Shown here: positions 1 to 11,002 of the stretch, piece by piece
How the letters are laid out: every line of letters begins with the position of its first letter
Position numbering within the stretch: position 1 is the first letter of the stretch
Assembly (NCBI GenBank): GCA_002269645.1
Contig: NIVC01002234.1
Coordinates: 1 to 64,000 of the forward strand
Length of the DNA: 64,000 nucleotides
From: Macrostomum lignano
Taxonomy: Eukaryota
Direction: 5' to 3'
The notes under the pieces: generated by a model
What the model saw: the letters and a program-made list of their open reading frames with translations, nothing else
The model's database searches: none
Told to the model about the DNA's origin: nothing
Position numbers and translations under genes: made by a program

Positions 1-29
1 TGTGCACGTCCAGGAAGTCCTTCTTGCAG
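1..29 (-). CDS. CUB gene exon (partial, runs off the window)
   Basis: Acceptor AAAATTCAG (31-30); phase 2 matches the previous exon; encodes CKKDFLDVH, the CUB CxxDxLxV motif. Confidence 0.75.
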
Positions 30-1008
30 CTGAATTTTGTTTTTTGCCCAATTTTTAATGCAATCGGAAACCGGAAACGACACTAATGAAGACGCTCCAG
101 TATTTTCTACACAAGCTATCATCGTCTGTGTAAGCTTAAAATGCAGTTGAAAACATCTCAAACTAAAGTACCTGGCTTAGCTCAGAAAAAACCGAAGTAG
201 AAGCAGTGTACGAGCTACTCGTAAAAGACGGAACCTCTGTGTAGCGGAAAGCAGTGTACTACCTTTCTTCCTACATTTCTAAGTTTGGCAAAGGACTGTA
301 GCAGCCGCCCCACGCAGTCCTCCCAAATGATGCCTTGCAGTTAAAAGCTTTCTCCTCTGAGGGGATATTTGGATGGAAAATCTCCCTGCTAGCTTTTTGG
401 AGATAGAGTGAGTGCAGTGGAGCGGCTGAGTAGTCAGCGGGAAAGATATGCAGAGAAGTATAGGGCTGATGGAAGGGCAGAACGGACACAGCGGGCCCAC
501 TGGTCCGGCTGGGAGAGGGACGAATTTTAATGAGCAACCGCGAGTGATGGAGAGCCAGCCGGACAGATAGAGAAGCCGGAGAGAGTCTGCAGCACCGGGC
601 AGGAATCAATCAAGCTGAAGATGCCAGCAAGGCAAGCCCGTGTTTGAGTAGAGGTGGGTCGCTTTTATTTTCAGTTTTTTTCCTTCTCACAGTTCTCATA
701 GAAATATGATGCGATGTGCAGGGAAATATATTTATTTATAATGTCCTTCTTTTCGTACTCTTGACTTATTGACAATCTTATATCATCTATCTGTACCTGT
801 ACAATCGAGACTATAAATTTCGACCATTCCAACTCAGAGGGCATAGCCGGGATTCTTAAAAAACTGGGAACAGGGACGCCAACTCAGAAGGCAGTAGTCA
901 TCTTGAGTCATGAGGTAAAATATTATGGGATCGACTTTGGGCGATACTCTTAGTTAAAAATCCAAATCCTATAAGTTTCTTGACCAGTTAGTTGAGAATT
1001 CAACTCAC

Positions 1009-1228
1009 AGCGGTCCCAAGCCTTCAACGTTGAACTCGACAAAATCCAATCGGACTTTCTCGTCTTTTCTGCCGATCAGTTTGTACCGACAGCGTAGGTC
1101 CTCCGGATAGTGCTTCGGCCAGCCCGGGCTGGTCACGAACTCGTCCTCAGGGCAGAGTCTTGCCGCCCCCGGTGGGCACTGGTTCGAGTCCCAGCTGTGG
1201 ATTTCTACTATACCGCCGTCGCAGCGAT
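1009..1228 (-). CDS. CUB gene exon, N-terminal half of the CUB domain
   Basis: Acceptor TTTGCAG (1230-1229), donor GTGAGT (1008); encodes TSPGWPKHYPEDLRCRYKL...VRLDFVEFNVEG. Absent from the ORF track because it has no start codon. Confidence 0.88.
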
Positions 1229-2143
1229 CTGCAAACAGATTGGAAAGGAATTAGAAAGTGGCAGCTAGATGGAGGCTGGCTACAACATAGTCTTGTCAAT
1301 GTATCGACTCAATAATACGCTTAGAAGACGTGACGGAATGACAAAATACTTTTTGCAGCTTCCAGCCTCATCTTTCTCTGCCATGCCGCTCAGTCTCGCA
1401 TTCAATTCTGTCCCAGTGCAGCATCTCTACACCCACCTTTCTCCTACGCCTTTTGTATGTTAAACTCTTTTCCGGGGATGCTTTCTGTATGTAGACTGAG
1501 ACAAAAACTGACAGAACAGTAACTTCAGACTCTTTCAGTACAGTAAGGGAGAGGATGTTAGATACCCTTTTTTACTCTGGTTTTACTCTTGGTGAATAAT
1601 GTGGAATAGTTGTGCGCAAAACGGCAAGTAAATGCTTAATCCACTGCTTTCAATTATCGTAAAATTTGTTGCCAGAGATTTTACAGAGCTTTCAAGGACT
1701 TGTCTCCAAAGCACACTTTCTCCTTCGCCCGGCAAACAGTGTTGACAAGTTCTGAACTTGTAAAAGTGCCAGCTTAAGCTGAACAGCCTTCGTTGGATTT
1801 TCGAGGAGGTTGGGAAAAACACTCTTTAACTCATGCTTACCCCTAAAACTTTTTCCTTCATCTTTTTGCACTACAGGCCACTGCACAGCCCCCAGGAGGC
1901 CACTAAGAAGCACTTACTTAGCTCTCTGCGCTAGCACCCCATCAGCTTTAGTTGGGATTAAACGACCCGCGAGTGGAAGAGGAGCTTTCCTTTCCACCCG
2001 CCCCCACCCTCCTTCCCTTCTCCCATTGATTGGGTTTGAGTCCAAACTGAATTTGCTCCAGAATTGGCTCGATGAGACTCTATCTCTTCGCTTCTCTTTT
2101 CTGCTGTTCTCTTCCTGGGCTTCACCAAATCTTGGCCTCACCC

Positions 2144-2421
<278 letters not shown>

Positions 2422-3300
2422 GGATAGAGTACCCAATTTTGTATCCGAATGATTTCCTCAGGTCAAACACTGGCACAAGTAGAATTCGAAAAAGAATGAA
2501 AAGCCCGATTTGCAGTAGCTAAGACACACAAAGAAAAGCATGCGAAACAAAGCAAACAGAGATTCAAACCGCTACATTGAATTTTGGCAAGAGTAGAAAG
2601 TGTGAAAAGCAGCAGAAAAAAAGAGGATACTCAGAGATGTTAGCGAATAAGTCATAAAACTGCAACGCACAGAAGCGAGAAACAGGCACGAAAGGATTGA
2701 TGCTCTCGCCAGTCTCCACCATCGCCGCAGTTGCCCACACACAATGCTCGCAGAAAAGAAGAAGTTAGAATTTCTTCTTCTAGGATTGCGAGTTTGCGGG
2801 CTCTGAGCCAGGGTGGGGGGTGCAGGGCAGATGGAGAAGAAAAGAAGAGAATGAACTGACCGCTCACTCGATTAGCTCGGGCCGGAGAGAGAGGGGGTTG
2901 GCCGGCCTGCTTGGACCAGGAGCTCAAAGAATGATGCCCCGTGGACCCGCCGGACGGCTGGTTTTGGAGGGTCATCGGTCCGGGGGGACGGAGCCGCAGC
3001 ACTGGACTGGGGGGGGGGGTTCCAGTCCGGCAAGGATTCAATCAATAATTCCAATTTCACCCAAATCCTATAGCTCAGGGCTGGCCCGGTCTCCACTTCT
3101 CCATCCCTCCCTCTCTCTTCCCTCCCCCTTTCCGACCCGGCGCGCAGGCTGGTAGGTGGAAGACTGCATTAACGTCCAACTCTCACCTGACTATCATTTG
3201 TTCACGCACCACACGCAGAGAGGGGGTGGCTTGCGCGATAGAGAAATATTTAACTAACTTTCTCATTGGGACATGTGGCTTTTTCAGACAAAACTCATCC

Positions 3301-5352
3301 ATCTAGATCTGAATCTCACTGCAATCTAGAACTGAATCTCACTGCAATCTAGATCTGAATCTCACTGCAATCTAGATCTGAATCTCACTTGAAATCTAGA
3401 CCTGAATCTCACTGCAATCTAGACCTGAATCTCACTGCAATCTAGACCTGAATCTCACTGCAATCTAGACTGAATCTCACTGCAATCTAGACCTGAATCT
3501 CACTGCAATCTAGACCTGAATCTCACTGCAATCTAGACCTGAATCTCACTGCAATCTAGATCTGAATCTCACTGCAATCTAGATCTGAATCTCACTGCAA
3601 TCTAGATCTGAATCTCACTGCAGTCTAGATCTGAATCTCACTGCAATCTAGATCTGAATCTCACTTGAAATCTAGATCTGAATCTCACTGCAATCTAGAC
3701 CTGAATCTCACTGCAATCTAGACCTGAATCTCACTGCAATCTAGACTGAATCTCACTGCAATCTAGACCTGAATCTCACTGCAATCTAGACCTGAATCTC
3801 ACTGCAATCTAGACCTGAATCTCACTGCAATCTAGATCTGAATCTCACTGCAATCTAGATCTGAATCTCACTGCAATCTAGATCTGAATCTCACTGCAGT
3901 CTAGATCTGAATCTCACTGCAATCTAGATCTGAATCTCAATTGAAATCTAGATCTGAATCTCACTGCAATCTAGATCTGAATCTCACTTGAAATCTAGAC
4001 CTGAATCTCACTGCAATCTAGACTGAATCTTACTGCAATCTAGACCTGAATCTCACTGCAATCTAGACCTGAATCTCACTGCAATCTAGACCTGAATCTC
4101 ACTGCAATCTAGATCTGAATCTCACTTGAAATCTAGACCTGAATCTCACTGCAATCTAGATCTGAATCTCACTGCAATCTAGACCTGAATCTCACTGCAA
4201 TCTAGACTGAATCTCACTGCAATCTAGACCTGAATCTCACTGCAATCTAGACCTGAATCTCACTGCAATCTAGACCTGAATCTCACTGCAATCTAGATCT
4301 GAATCTCACTGCAATCTAGATCTGAATCTCACTGCAATCTAGATCTGAATCTCACTGCAATCTAGATCTGAATCTCACTGCAATCTAGATCTGAATCTCA
4401 CTGCAATCTAGATCTGAATCTCACTGCAATCTAGACTGAATCTCACTGCAATCTAGACTGAATCTCACTGCAATCTAGACCTGAATCTCACTGCAATCTA
4501 GACCTGAATCTCACTGCAATCTAGACCTGAATCTCACTGCAATCTAGACTGAATCTCACTGCAATCTAGACCTGAATCTCACTGCAATCTAGACCTGAAT
4601 CTCACTGCAATCTAGACCTGAATCTCACTGCAATCTAGACCTGAATCTCACTGCAATCTAGACCTGAATCTCACTGCAATCTAGATCTGAATCTCACTGC
4701 AATCTAGATCTGAATCTCACTGCAATCTAGATCTGAATCTCACTGCAATCTAGATCTGAATCTCACTGCAGTCTAGATCTGAATCTCACTGCAATCTAGA
4801 TCTGAATCTCAATTGAAATCTAGATCTGAATCTCACTGCAATCTAGATCTGAATCTCACTTGAAATCTAGACCTGAATCTCACTGCAATCTAGATCTGAA
4901 TCTCACTGCAATCTAGATCTGAATCTCACTTGAAATCTAGATCTGAATCTCACTGCAATCTAGACCTAAATCTCACTGCCATCTATTCCTGAATATCACT
5001 GCAATCTAGACCTGAATCTCACTGCAATCTAGACTGAATCTCACTGCAATCTAGATCTGAATCTCACTGCAATCTAGACCTGAATCTCACTGCAATCTAG
5101 ACCTGAATCTCACTGCAATCTAGACCTGAATCTCACTGCAATCTAGACCTGAATCTCACTGCAATCTAGACCTGAATCTCACTGCAATCTAGATCTGAAT
5201 CTCACTGCAATCTAGATCTGAATCTCACTGCAATCTAGACCTGAATCTCACTGCAATCTAGATCTGAATCTCACAGAAATCTAGATCTGAATCTCACTGC
5301 AATCTATATCCGAATCTCACTGCAATCTATTCCTGAATCTCACTGCAATCTA
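3301..5352. repeat. 23-bp minisatellite (TCTAGAYCTGAATCTCACTGCAA)n, about 2 kb, in CUB intron 1
   Basis: Direct tandem periodicity with minor variants and no spacers. Confidence 0.97.
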
Positions 5353-5552
5353 GAAGATCATACTAGTAGACTCCTATTCTCGGCCCAACCTACTATCATT
5401 ATGCTAGCCTTGATTTAAATCCAGCTTACATGTACATCGCATATGAATCTGGCAAAAAATAAAAATTACAATTCAATCGCAATAAGATAAGTCTCTGAAG
5501 CTGAGAATTGGGGATTTAATAGGAGATAATTCTTCAAAAGCGAACTCCTCAC

Positions 5553-5649
5553 CAACAAAGCCGTAACTTCCAGGTGCAATGAACAGAACAATGCCTCCAG
5601 TTGCCAACAGGAAGGCAGCAGTGCAATGCTGCCATTGGTTTCTTGGCAT
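5553..5649 (-). CDS. CUB gene, first coding exon (signal peptide)
   Basis: ATG in AAAATG context at 5649; hydrophobic stretch AAFLLATGGIVLFIA; donor G|GTGAGG at 5552, phase 1, matching the next exon. Confidence 0.65.
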
Positions 5650-6372
5650 TTTGGCTGCGTCTGCTTTGCTGCTTTGTAGACTGAAAGCAGAAATCCTGGA
5701 GCAGAGTCCGCAACCAGTTAGCAAGGCTAAATACTCTTCTTCTACAACTGGCTTGAGCCTGATTGGCTGAAACTCTGTGAGCCTGGCAGCAGCAGGGCGA
5801 AGCACGACTGCTTGCTTGAGCTCATAGTGAGGCCTCAAATCCTTCGAATTGGCGTCTGCTCACGCATACCATATTTTCTATATAGTGTTTTTTCCCTCTT
5901 TTTTCTCCTAGGATTGATTTTCTGCAACTTGCGGTATGCAGAATCGTTTCTTGTTTCGCCCTACTCCAGTATAGCTACCAGCTTGTTGACTTTGAAAGGG
6001 ATTGCGCTGTGCACAGACCATGTTCACTGAGTGCATATAGGCTGTGCAAATTTTTCTATGCCAGCAGTATGCTTCGTGCATTGCATTTTGCACTTTAATT
6101 TAACGTTTAATTTGAGTTTGAGCACACTGTTAATGATCAGGATGGGAACAATATTCTGGTAACCAGAATAGAAACCCAGCTTTCAAACCTTCAGGGTCAT
6201 AAAAAAGCCATAGACGCCACAGCGGCCTACTCTCTTTGCTTTTCGGGGATGTATACTTTGCGAAACCCGCAAGTTCACCCGTTCACAAAACTAAAAATCG
6301 CAGATTCTCTCATGTTTCGCTTTAAATCCTTTCTAGTTGACTTTCCAAGATGAAAGCGGACCATAGCCTTGA

Positions 6373-6631
6373 CATAATGATCGACTGCCACTCGTGGATT
6401 CGCTTCGCCACTCGTGACAGCGATCATTGTTTAGCAATTTGACGATCATTATTCACATTTTTAATGCAGAACAATCCATTACTACAAACAATGCATTGTC
6501 TGTAGGATCGTCAAACAGAAAAACAATGCAAACAATCAGCGGTTGCAGCACGTGACAACGATTTGTCTATGGCTCGCGCCTACCGGTGCTCGCCAGTCAA
6601 TCGTTGTCACGCACTGGGACCGCTGATTATG
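6373..6631. mobile_element. Putative MITE with imperfect short terminal inverted repeats (TIRs)
   Basis: Left CATAATGATCG versus right CGCTGATTATG (reverse complement CATAATCAGCG); abuts the next element. Confidence 0.4.
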
Positions 6632-6774
6632 TATCCCCCTTTTGCCTCGGGCGAGTGTCTATGTGACGCATGTTTTCATTTATTTCCCTAGGTGAATAAA
6701 TCATTTATTTCCCGCTGCCCCGCGGGCTGATAAATTCGAGACAACAACCATAGACAACGAACGGGGGATACATA
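6628..6774. mobile_element. MITE with perfect 12-bp TIR
   Basis: TATGTATCCCCC (6628-6639) and GGGGGATACATA (6763-6774); internal inverted repeat GTCTATG/CATAGAC. Confidence 0.65.
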
Positions 6775-6776
6775 TC

Positions 6777-6910
6777 ATATTCCCCACTCATTTAGCTGTC
6801 TAGGGCCAAAAGCACTCGGTGTCTCGATCATTGACCTCGGCTTCGCCTCGGTCAATAAACGAGACACCTCTTGCTGTTGCCCGCTAGACAACAAAATAAA
6901 TGGGGAATAT
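6777..6910. mobile_element. MITE with 10-bp perfect TIR and central hairpin
   Basis: ATATTCCCCA (6777-6786) and TGGGGAATAT (6901-6910); subterminal similarity; central ATTGACCTCGGCTTCGCCTCGGTCAAT. Confidence 0.65.
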
Positions 6911-6921
6911 ATACCATTTAT

Positions 6922-7160
6922 CCATTGTACCATGACCTTTGTGCCCGCTGGGCACTTAATCTTGCCTTTTAATGCCACAGACTACATTTAAGCCCGCTTG
7001 CAGTAAAGAAATATCGAAATTAGCGGGCAGTTAATGACATTTAACTGCCCGCTAATTTGCATTAAAGTAAGTGTGACTCCTGCAAGCGGGCTTAAATGTA
7101 GTCTATGGCTTTAAAAGGCAAGAATAAGTGCCCAGCGGGCACAAAGGTCATGGTACAATG
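6922..7160. mobile_element. Foldback MITE with about 80-bp TIRs
   Basis: CATTGTACCATGACCTTTGTGCCCGCTGGGCAC...GCCCGCTTGCAG mirrored by CTGCAAGCGGGC...CACAAAGGTCATGGTACAATG; inner palindrome AAATTAGCGGGCAGTTAA/TTAACTGCCCGCTAATTT; TA on both flanks. Confidence 0.8.
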
Positions 7161-7228
7161 ATATTTAACGCCCGATTATTCTGTCCCACTTTGTCAAGGA
7201 CACAAATGTGTAGCTATGGCACAATAAT

Positions 7229-7990
7229 ATACCTTTTAACAATTTTTCGGACATAAGTGAAGTCAATTTAGTCATTAGCCAGCTCAGTCCTAGAAAAGTG
7301 AGTTTGATTTAGTCAGTAGTCGGGGTTTACCATAGACTATAGTTAAGAAATGAAATCGATTTAGTCAAGGTTCTCTAAATCCGTCTTTCGTAACTTTTAT
7401 TAAGTCAAAGTGAATTTTATTTAGTCGTTGTAGCTTTCAGAAGGCACGAGTAGTTAAACAAGAACAACACATACGAACACAGACACAACAAATTATTGTT
7501 ACGACGCTTCAATTTTCAATTTAATCAACGATGTCTTCGATGTCTTCCATGGCAATGCGGCGGGGTATGTACCGAAGGCTCTCACGATGCCAGGCTTCGC
7601 AGTGAGGCAGCTGCCATACTGGCCTCCAGTTCACGCTCAAGAAACGGAGAATAAGTTGATAAAGGCTTGACCTCTTGCCTTGTCAGAGCATTGTCAAACA
7701 GAAGGCGGAACGGCTCATCAACCAATGCAGACAGTTCAGCCATGAACTCTGCAACCAAACTCTGTAAGCCATGAACTCTGCCGCCATGATGACTAAATAA
7801 AATTCACTTTGACTAAAATCAAGTCATGGAAGGGTTTTAATACGTGGCACTTGACTAAATCGATTTTATTTCTTAACTATAGTCTATGGTAAACCCCGAC
7901 TACTGACTAAATCAAACTCACTTTTCTAGGACTGAGTTGGCTAATGACTAAACTAACCTCACTTATGTCCAAAAAAATTGTCAAAAGGTA
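7229..7990. mobile_element. Non-autonomous DNA transposon with about 200-bp TIRs
   Basis: ~7229-7430 is the reverse complement of ~7790-7990 (e.g. GTCGGGGTTTACCATAGACTATAGTTAAGAAA versus TTTCTTAACTATAGTCTATGGTAAACCCCGAC). No intact transposase; superfamily not assignable. Confidence 0.8.
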
Positions 7991-9120
7991 TAGTAATACC
8001 CATGCTTTGCGGGCGTTAATGAGAAATCCTCGCTCGGGCACCGCCAGATGGAAGCGAGATGAGTGGCAGCTGCATCGTCTTTGTGTACGGCGCCCTCTGA
8101 TTATAGGTATTAATATACTATTATCATTTACATATGCCCTAAAAGGAAAGTCGACTAAACACAAAAAATTCTCTTTTTGATTGGCCTATTCAGAGATTTG
8201 AAGTTTGTTTTTAAAGAACTATTCAGATTCAAAAGACCTGGGCCTGTGACGCTGCCTTCTAAAGACCCTGACAGAGCGTATTTTGTCGTTGTTGCTTCTG
8301 GAGCTACAGAGAATCTGGCATATAGTTCCAAACTACATGTAAATAGACAATGTTCGAGCTAATAATCTACACAGCTTTTGATTATAAAAAACAAGTGAAA
8401 TTAACCTGTACTTTGTTAGCAAAACAGCCACAAACTTGAGTTTTATTTGCTTTTAAAAGTAAAGCGTCGAACACACTCAGCAACAGGTTAAAGCTTCCAC
8501 CTCAAAACCTTAGACATAACTCTTCACGATCAGCCTTCACAGGCTGAGATCTGGGAAAAGTTGATCACTGGTTTCGGGGTGAAAGCTTCATGATGCTACT
8601 GAGTGCATACAGTAAAAAAATGTACGCTAGGTGCAGAATCTTCTCCGATCAAGAAGACAGTAAGATGGTCAGTAAAATCACAGTTCAACTTTAAAAAAGA
8701 GAAGCTTATCATAGATGTACTACTTATAATAATTAAAACACTTTATATAGATGAATTTTTAGACATGAAATACCTTAAGTAAGCTTGCTCCAACATAATG
8801 CTCCCTTTAGGTTTCCGTGAATAAAGTTTTGCTCTAATAGTTTTAGCATGAACTACTTTGTACAAGATCAGTGGAGTTATAGTTATAAATGGTTTAAAAT
8901 TCGCTTGAATAAAATATTATGTACATAGTAAAAAGCCAAAAGCCATATTAGGTACAATCTGATTCAAATAGTCTCATCAAAACTCATTAAAAGTAGCAAA
9001 AAACCATAAAAAGTACTATAATTTGAAAGATATAGCATCATGGCTCGCGTTGCTACTTAAAGTAGTAAAAGTAGATATTTTGGCTACAGAAACACGATAG
9101 AGCTATTAATAATTTAAGCA

Positions 9121-9126
9121 TTTATT
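9121..9126 (-). terminator. Candidate polyadenylation signal of the cadherin gene
   Basis: AATAAA on the minus strand about 100 nt after the stop at 9227; other candidates lie further downstream. Confidence 0.3.
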
Positions 9127-9226
9127 GAGTTTAACTACGGCGCAAAGAAATTGAAATAGTTTTCATGCATGCACTTTCAAGTTAATCTGGAATATTCTTA
9201 AAGTTTTTAACGAGCGTCAAAGTGAC

Positions 9227-9660
9227 TTATGATCGTCTCGTAGCGGTGACAGTGGTCGCTGTTACAATCTCGCCGCGTCCAGCTGTTGCCATAGCAACCA
9301 GATCGTCGACGTCGGCCTCGCTGCCAAGATCGTCGGCATCGTCCGGTCGGCAGGTGTAAATCTGCGCCACCGAGGTGAACTTCGGTCCCCAGGCGGTCAA
9401 AAACTCGTAGCTTTGCGGATCGCCATTGTCGCCGGAAACGATGGAGTCGAGGTCGTCGGCCACGGCGCCCCGGCCCTCGTACTCGTAGTCGAGTACGCCG
9501 TCGAACGGCGTCGGCTGAGGTCCCGCGTCGGCCAGTGCGAGACGGGACTGCAGCATCGAGTTGAAGTCGGTGCGACTGGACTGCACGTCTGCGAGGTTGA
9601 TGGGAGTGGAGAGATGATTTTGTGAGATGATCTTCGGTGTTCGTATTTTGACTTTAAATT
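9227..9660 (-). CDS. CadN: Cadherin exon 18 (beta-catenin-binding region, stop)
   Basis: LQSRLALADAGPQPTPFDGVLDYEYEG...YEFLTAWGPKF; TAA at 9229-9227. The 5' boundary is uncertain: frame requires the second AG of CAGAG or the AAG 9 nt further on. Confidence 0.85.
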
Positions 9661-9664
9661 CTCT

Positions 9665-9862
9665 GAAACCATAAGCTCCGAAACCATAAGCTCCGAAACC
9701 ATAAGCTCCGAAACCATAAGCTCCGAAACCATAAGCTCCGAAACCATAGGCTCCGAAACCATAAGCTCCGAAACCATAAGCTCCGAAACCATAAGCTCCG
9801 AAACCATAAGCTCCGAAACCATAAGCTCCGAAACCATAAGCTCCGAAACCACAAGCTCCGAC
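9665..9862. repeat. 15-bp minisatellite (GAAACCATAAGCTCC)n, about 13 units, abutting the exon-18 acceptor
   Basis: Direct tandem periodicity. Confidence 0.96.
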
Positions 9863-9983
9863 TCCGACTCCAACTCAGTCGATAAGTTCTGACTGAGAAC
9901 AGATTACGAAGCAAAATCTTTACATTACAGAATAACAGAAAGTTTAGAATTGGCAACAGTCAGAAGTTTGGCATTCAGCTCAC

Positions 9984-10067
9984 TAGTCACAGTCTGCTTC
10001 ACAACGGTAGTGTCCGAGACGAGTACCCTCAGTTGGGTCATGTCGAAGTTGAGCTTGTCCTCTTGAC
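9984..10067 (-). CDS. CadN: Cadherin exon 17
   Basis: Acceptor CTTGCAG, donor GTGAGC; GQEDKLNFDMTQL completes the GGGxED juxtamembrane motif. Confidence 0.9.
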
Positions 10068-10162
10068 CTGCAAGCAGCCAAAGAACAGTGAGCACTTTAC
10101 TTTGAAGCCCTGAAAATGTGTCTAGTGTGAAGCCAAATTCACATCAAAATAAAGCTACTCAC

Positions 10163-10267
10163 CGCCTCCTTCTTCGTTGTAGTCGATCACATTCTCGAAC
10201 GGGGCATCCAATAGAAGATTTTCACCTTTGCGGCCAGCCAAGCAGCAATACCAGATGAGGAAAGCGA
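10163..10267 (-). CDS. CadN: Cadherin exon 16 (end of transmembrane helix, juxtamembrane p120 site)
   Basis: Acceptor TTTACAG, donor GTGAGT; AFLIWYCC...ENVIDYNEEGG. Confidence 0.92.
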
Positions 10268-10418
10268 CTGTAAAAATAGAAGTGATAGAAATTCTTTCTT
10301 ACACGGGGTGCATGCGTAGAGACAGACGCGTTAACCGCTGAGGCCCGTTGCTCTTTTTACTTGGAGCTAAATGAATAGAAAGTGTCAATCAATTTATAAA
10401 CACAATCGACATGCTTAC

Positions 10419-10645
10419 GTAGCAGAAGCACGAACAGGCCGAGCAACACCAGGATGACAATAAGGCTGGCGCTGCCCAAAGCGAACGCCGCTACGTCGCA
10501 CCTGTCGCCCTGCCAGCCCGCATTGCAGGTGCACCGAGGCAAGCCGCCCACCAGTGAGCAGACGCCATTTACGCATGGGTTGGTGTACAGGCAGGCCCCT
10601 GCTGCGCGGCACTGACCGTTGTACAGAATGAAGCTGGACTCACAG
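10419..10645 (-). CDS. CadN: Cadherin exon 15 (EGF plus start of the transmembrane helix)
   Basis: Acceptor ATTGCAG, phase 2 matches exon 14 across the 17.3-kb intron; CTCNAGWQGDRC then LIVILVLLGLFVLLL; donor GTAAGC. Confidence 0.92.
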
Positions 10646-10670
10646 CTGCAATGTTAGATAGTGTTTAGTT

Positions 10671-10947
10671 AATAATAATAATAATAATTGATTGCACCTG
10701 CCCCAATTGTTCCAGATGTGCAACCGACAGCTCAGCCGCAGCTATTCCGGGACGTATCTGAAGGCTGCGTATGGCTGTTCAGTCCGATGACTGATGAGGG
10801 GGTCGCTACACACAGCCTCAATTACCCCAGCTAATGTCTTGTTTCTTGCTAAGTGTCTTGCTCAAGGACACAAATTGTTCCAGATCGAGAAACGAACCCC
10901 CGACCTTCAAGTCGTAAGTCCGACGCTCTAACCAGGCTGCAACCATA
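10671..10947 (-). mobile_element. tRNA-derived SINE with (TTA)n tail
   Basis: Minus strand reads ...GCCTGGTTAGAGCGTCGGACT...GGGGTTCGTTTC (A/B-box-like), then GTGTCCTTGAGCAAGACACTT (resembles the central motif of CORE/Meta-type SINEs), ending in an ATT repeat tail. Confidence 0.75.
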
Positions 10948-11002
10948 GATCTTTTTTTTTATATATGTATATATGATCTTTAGCTGCAACCCCCTGTTTC
11001 TA

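Noticed and set aside
1181-1192. GGTTCGAGTCCC tRNA B-box-like motif
   Set aside because: It is the antisense strand of the CUB exon (WDSNQ codons); no cloverleaf.
1262-2140. Possible transposase remnants in CUB intron 1
   Set aside because: Short ORFs with no catalytic motif or terminal repeats that I could verify.
5473-5838. 121-aa single-exon protein
   Set aside because: Only 5649-5553 looks coding; a good donor at 5552 joins it in phase to the CUB exon.
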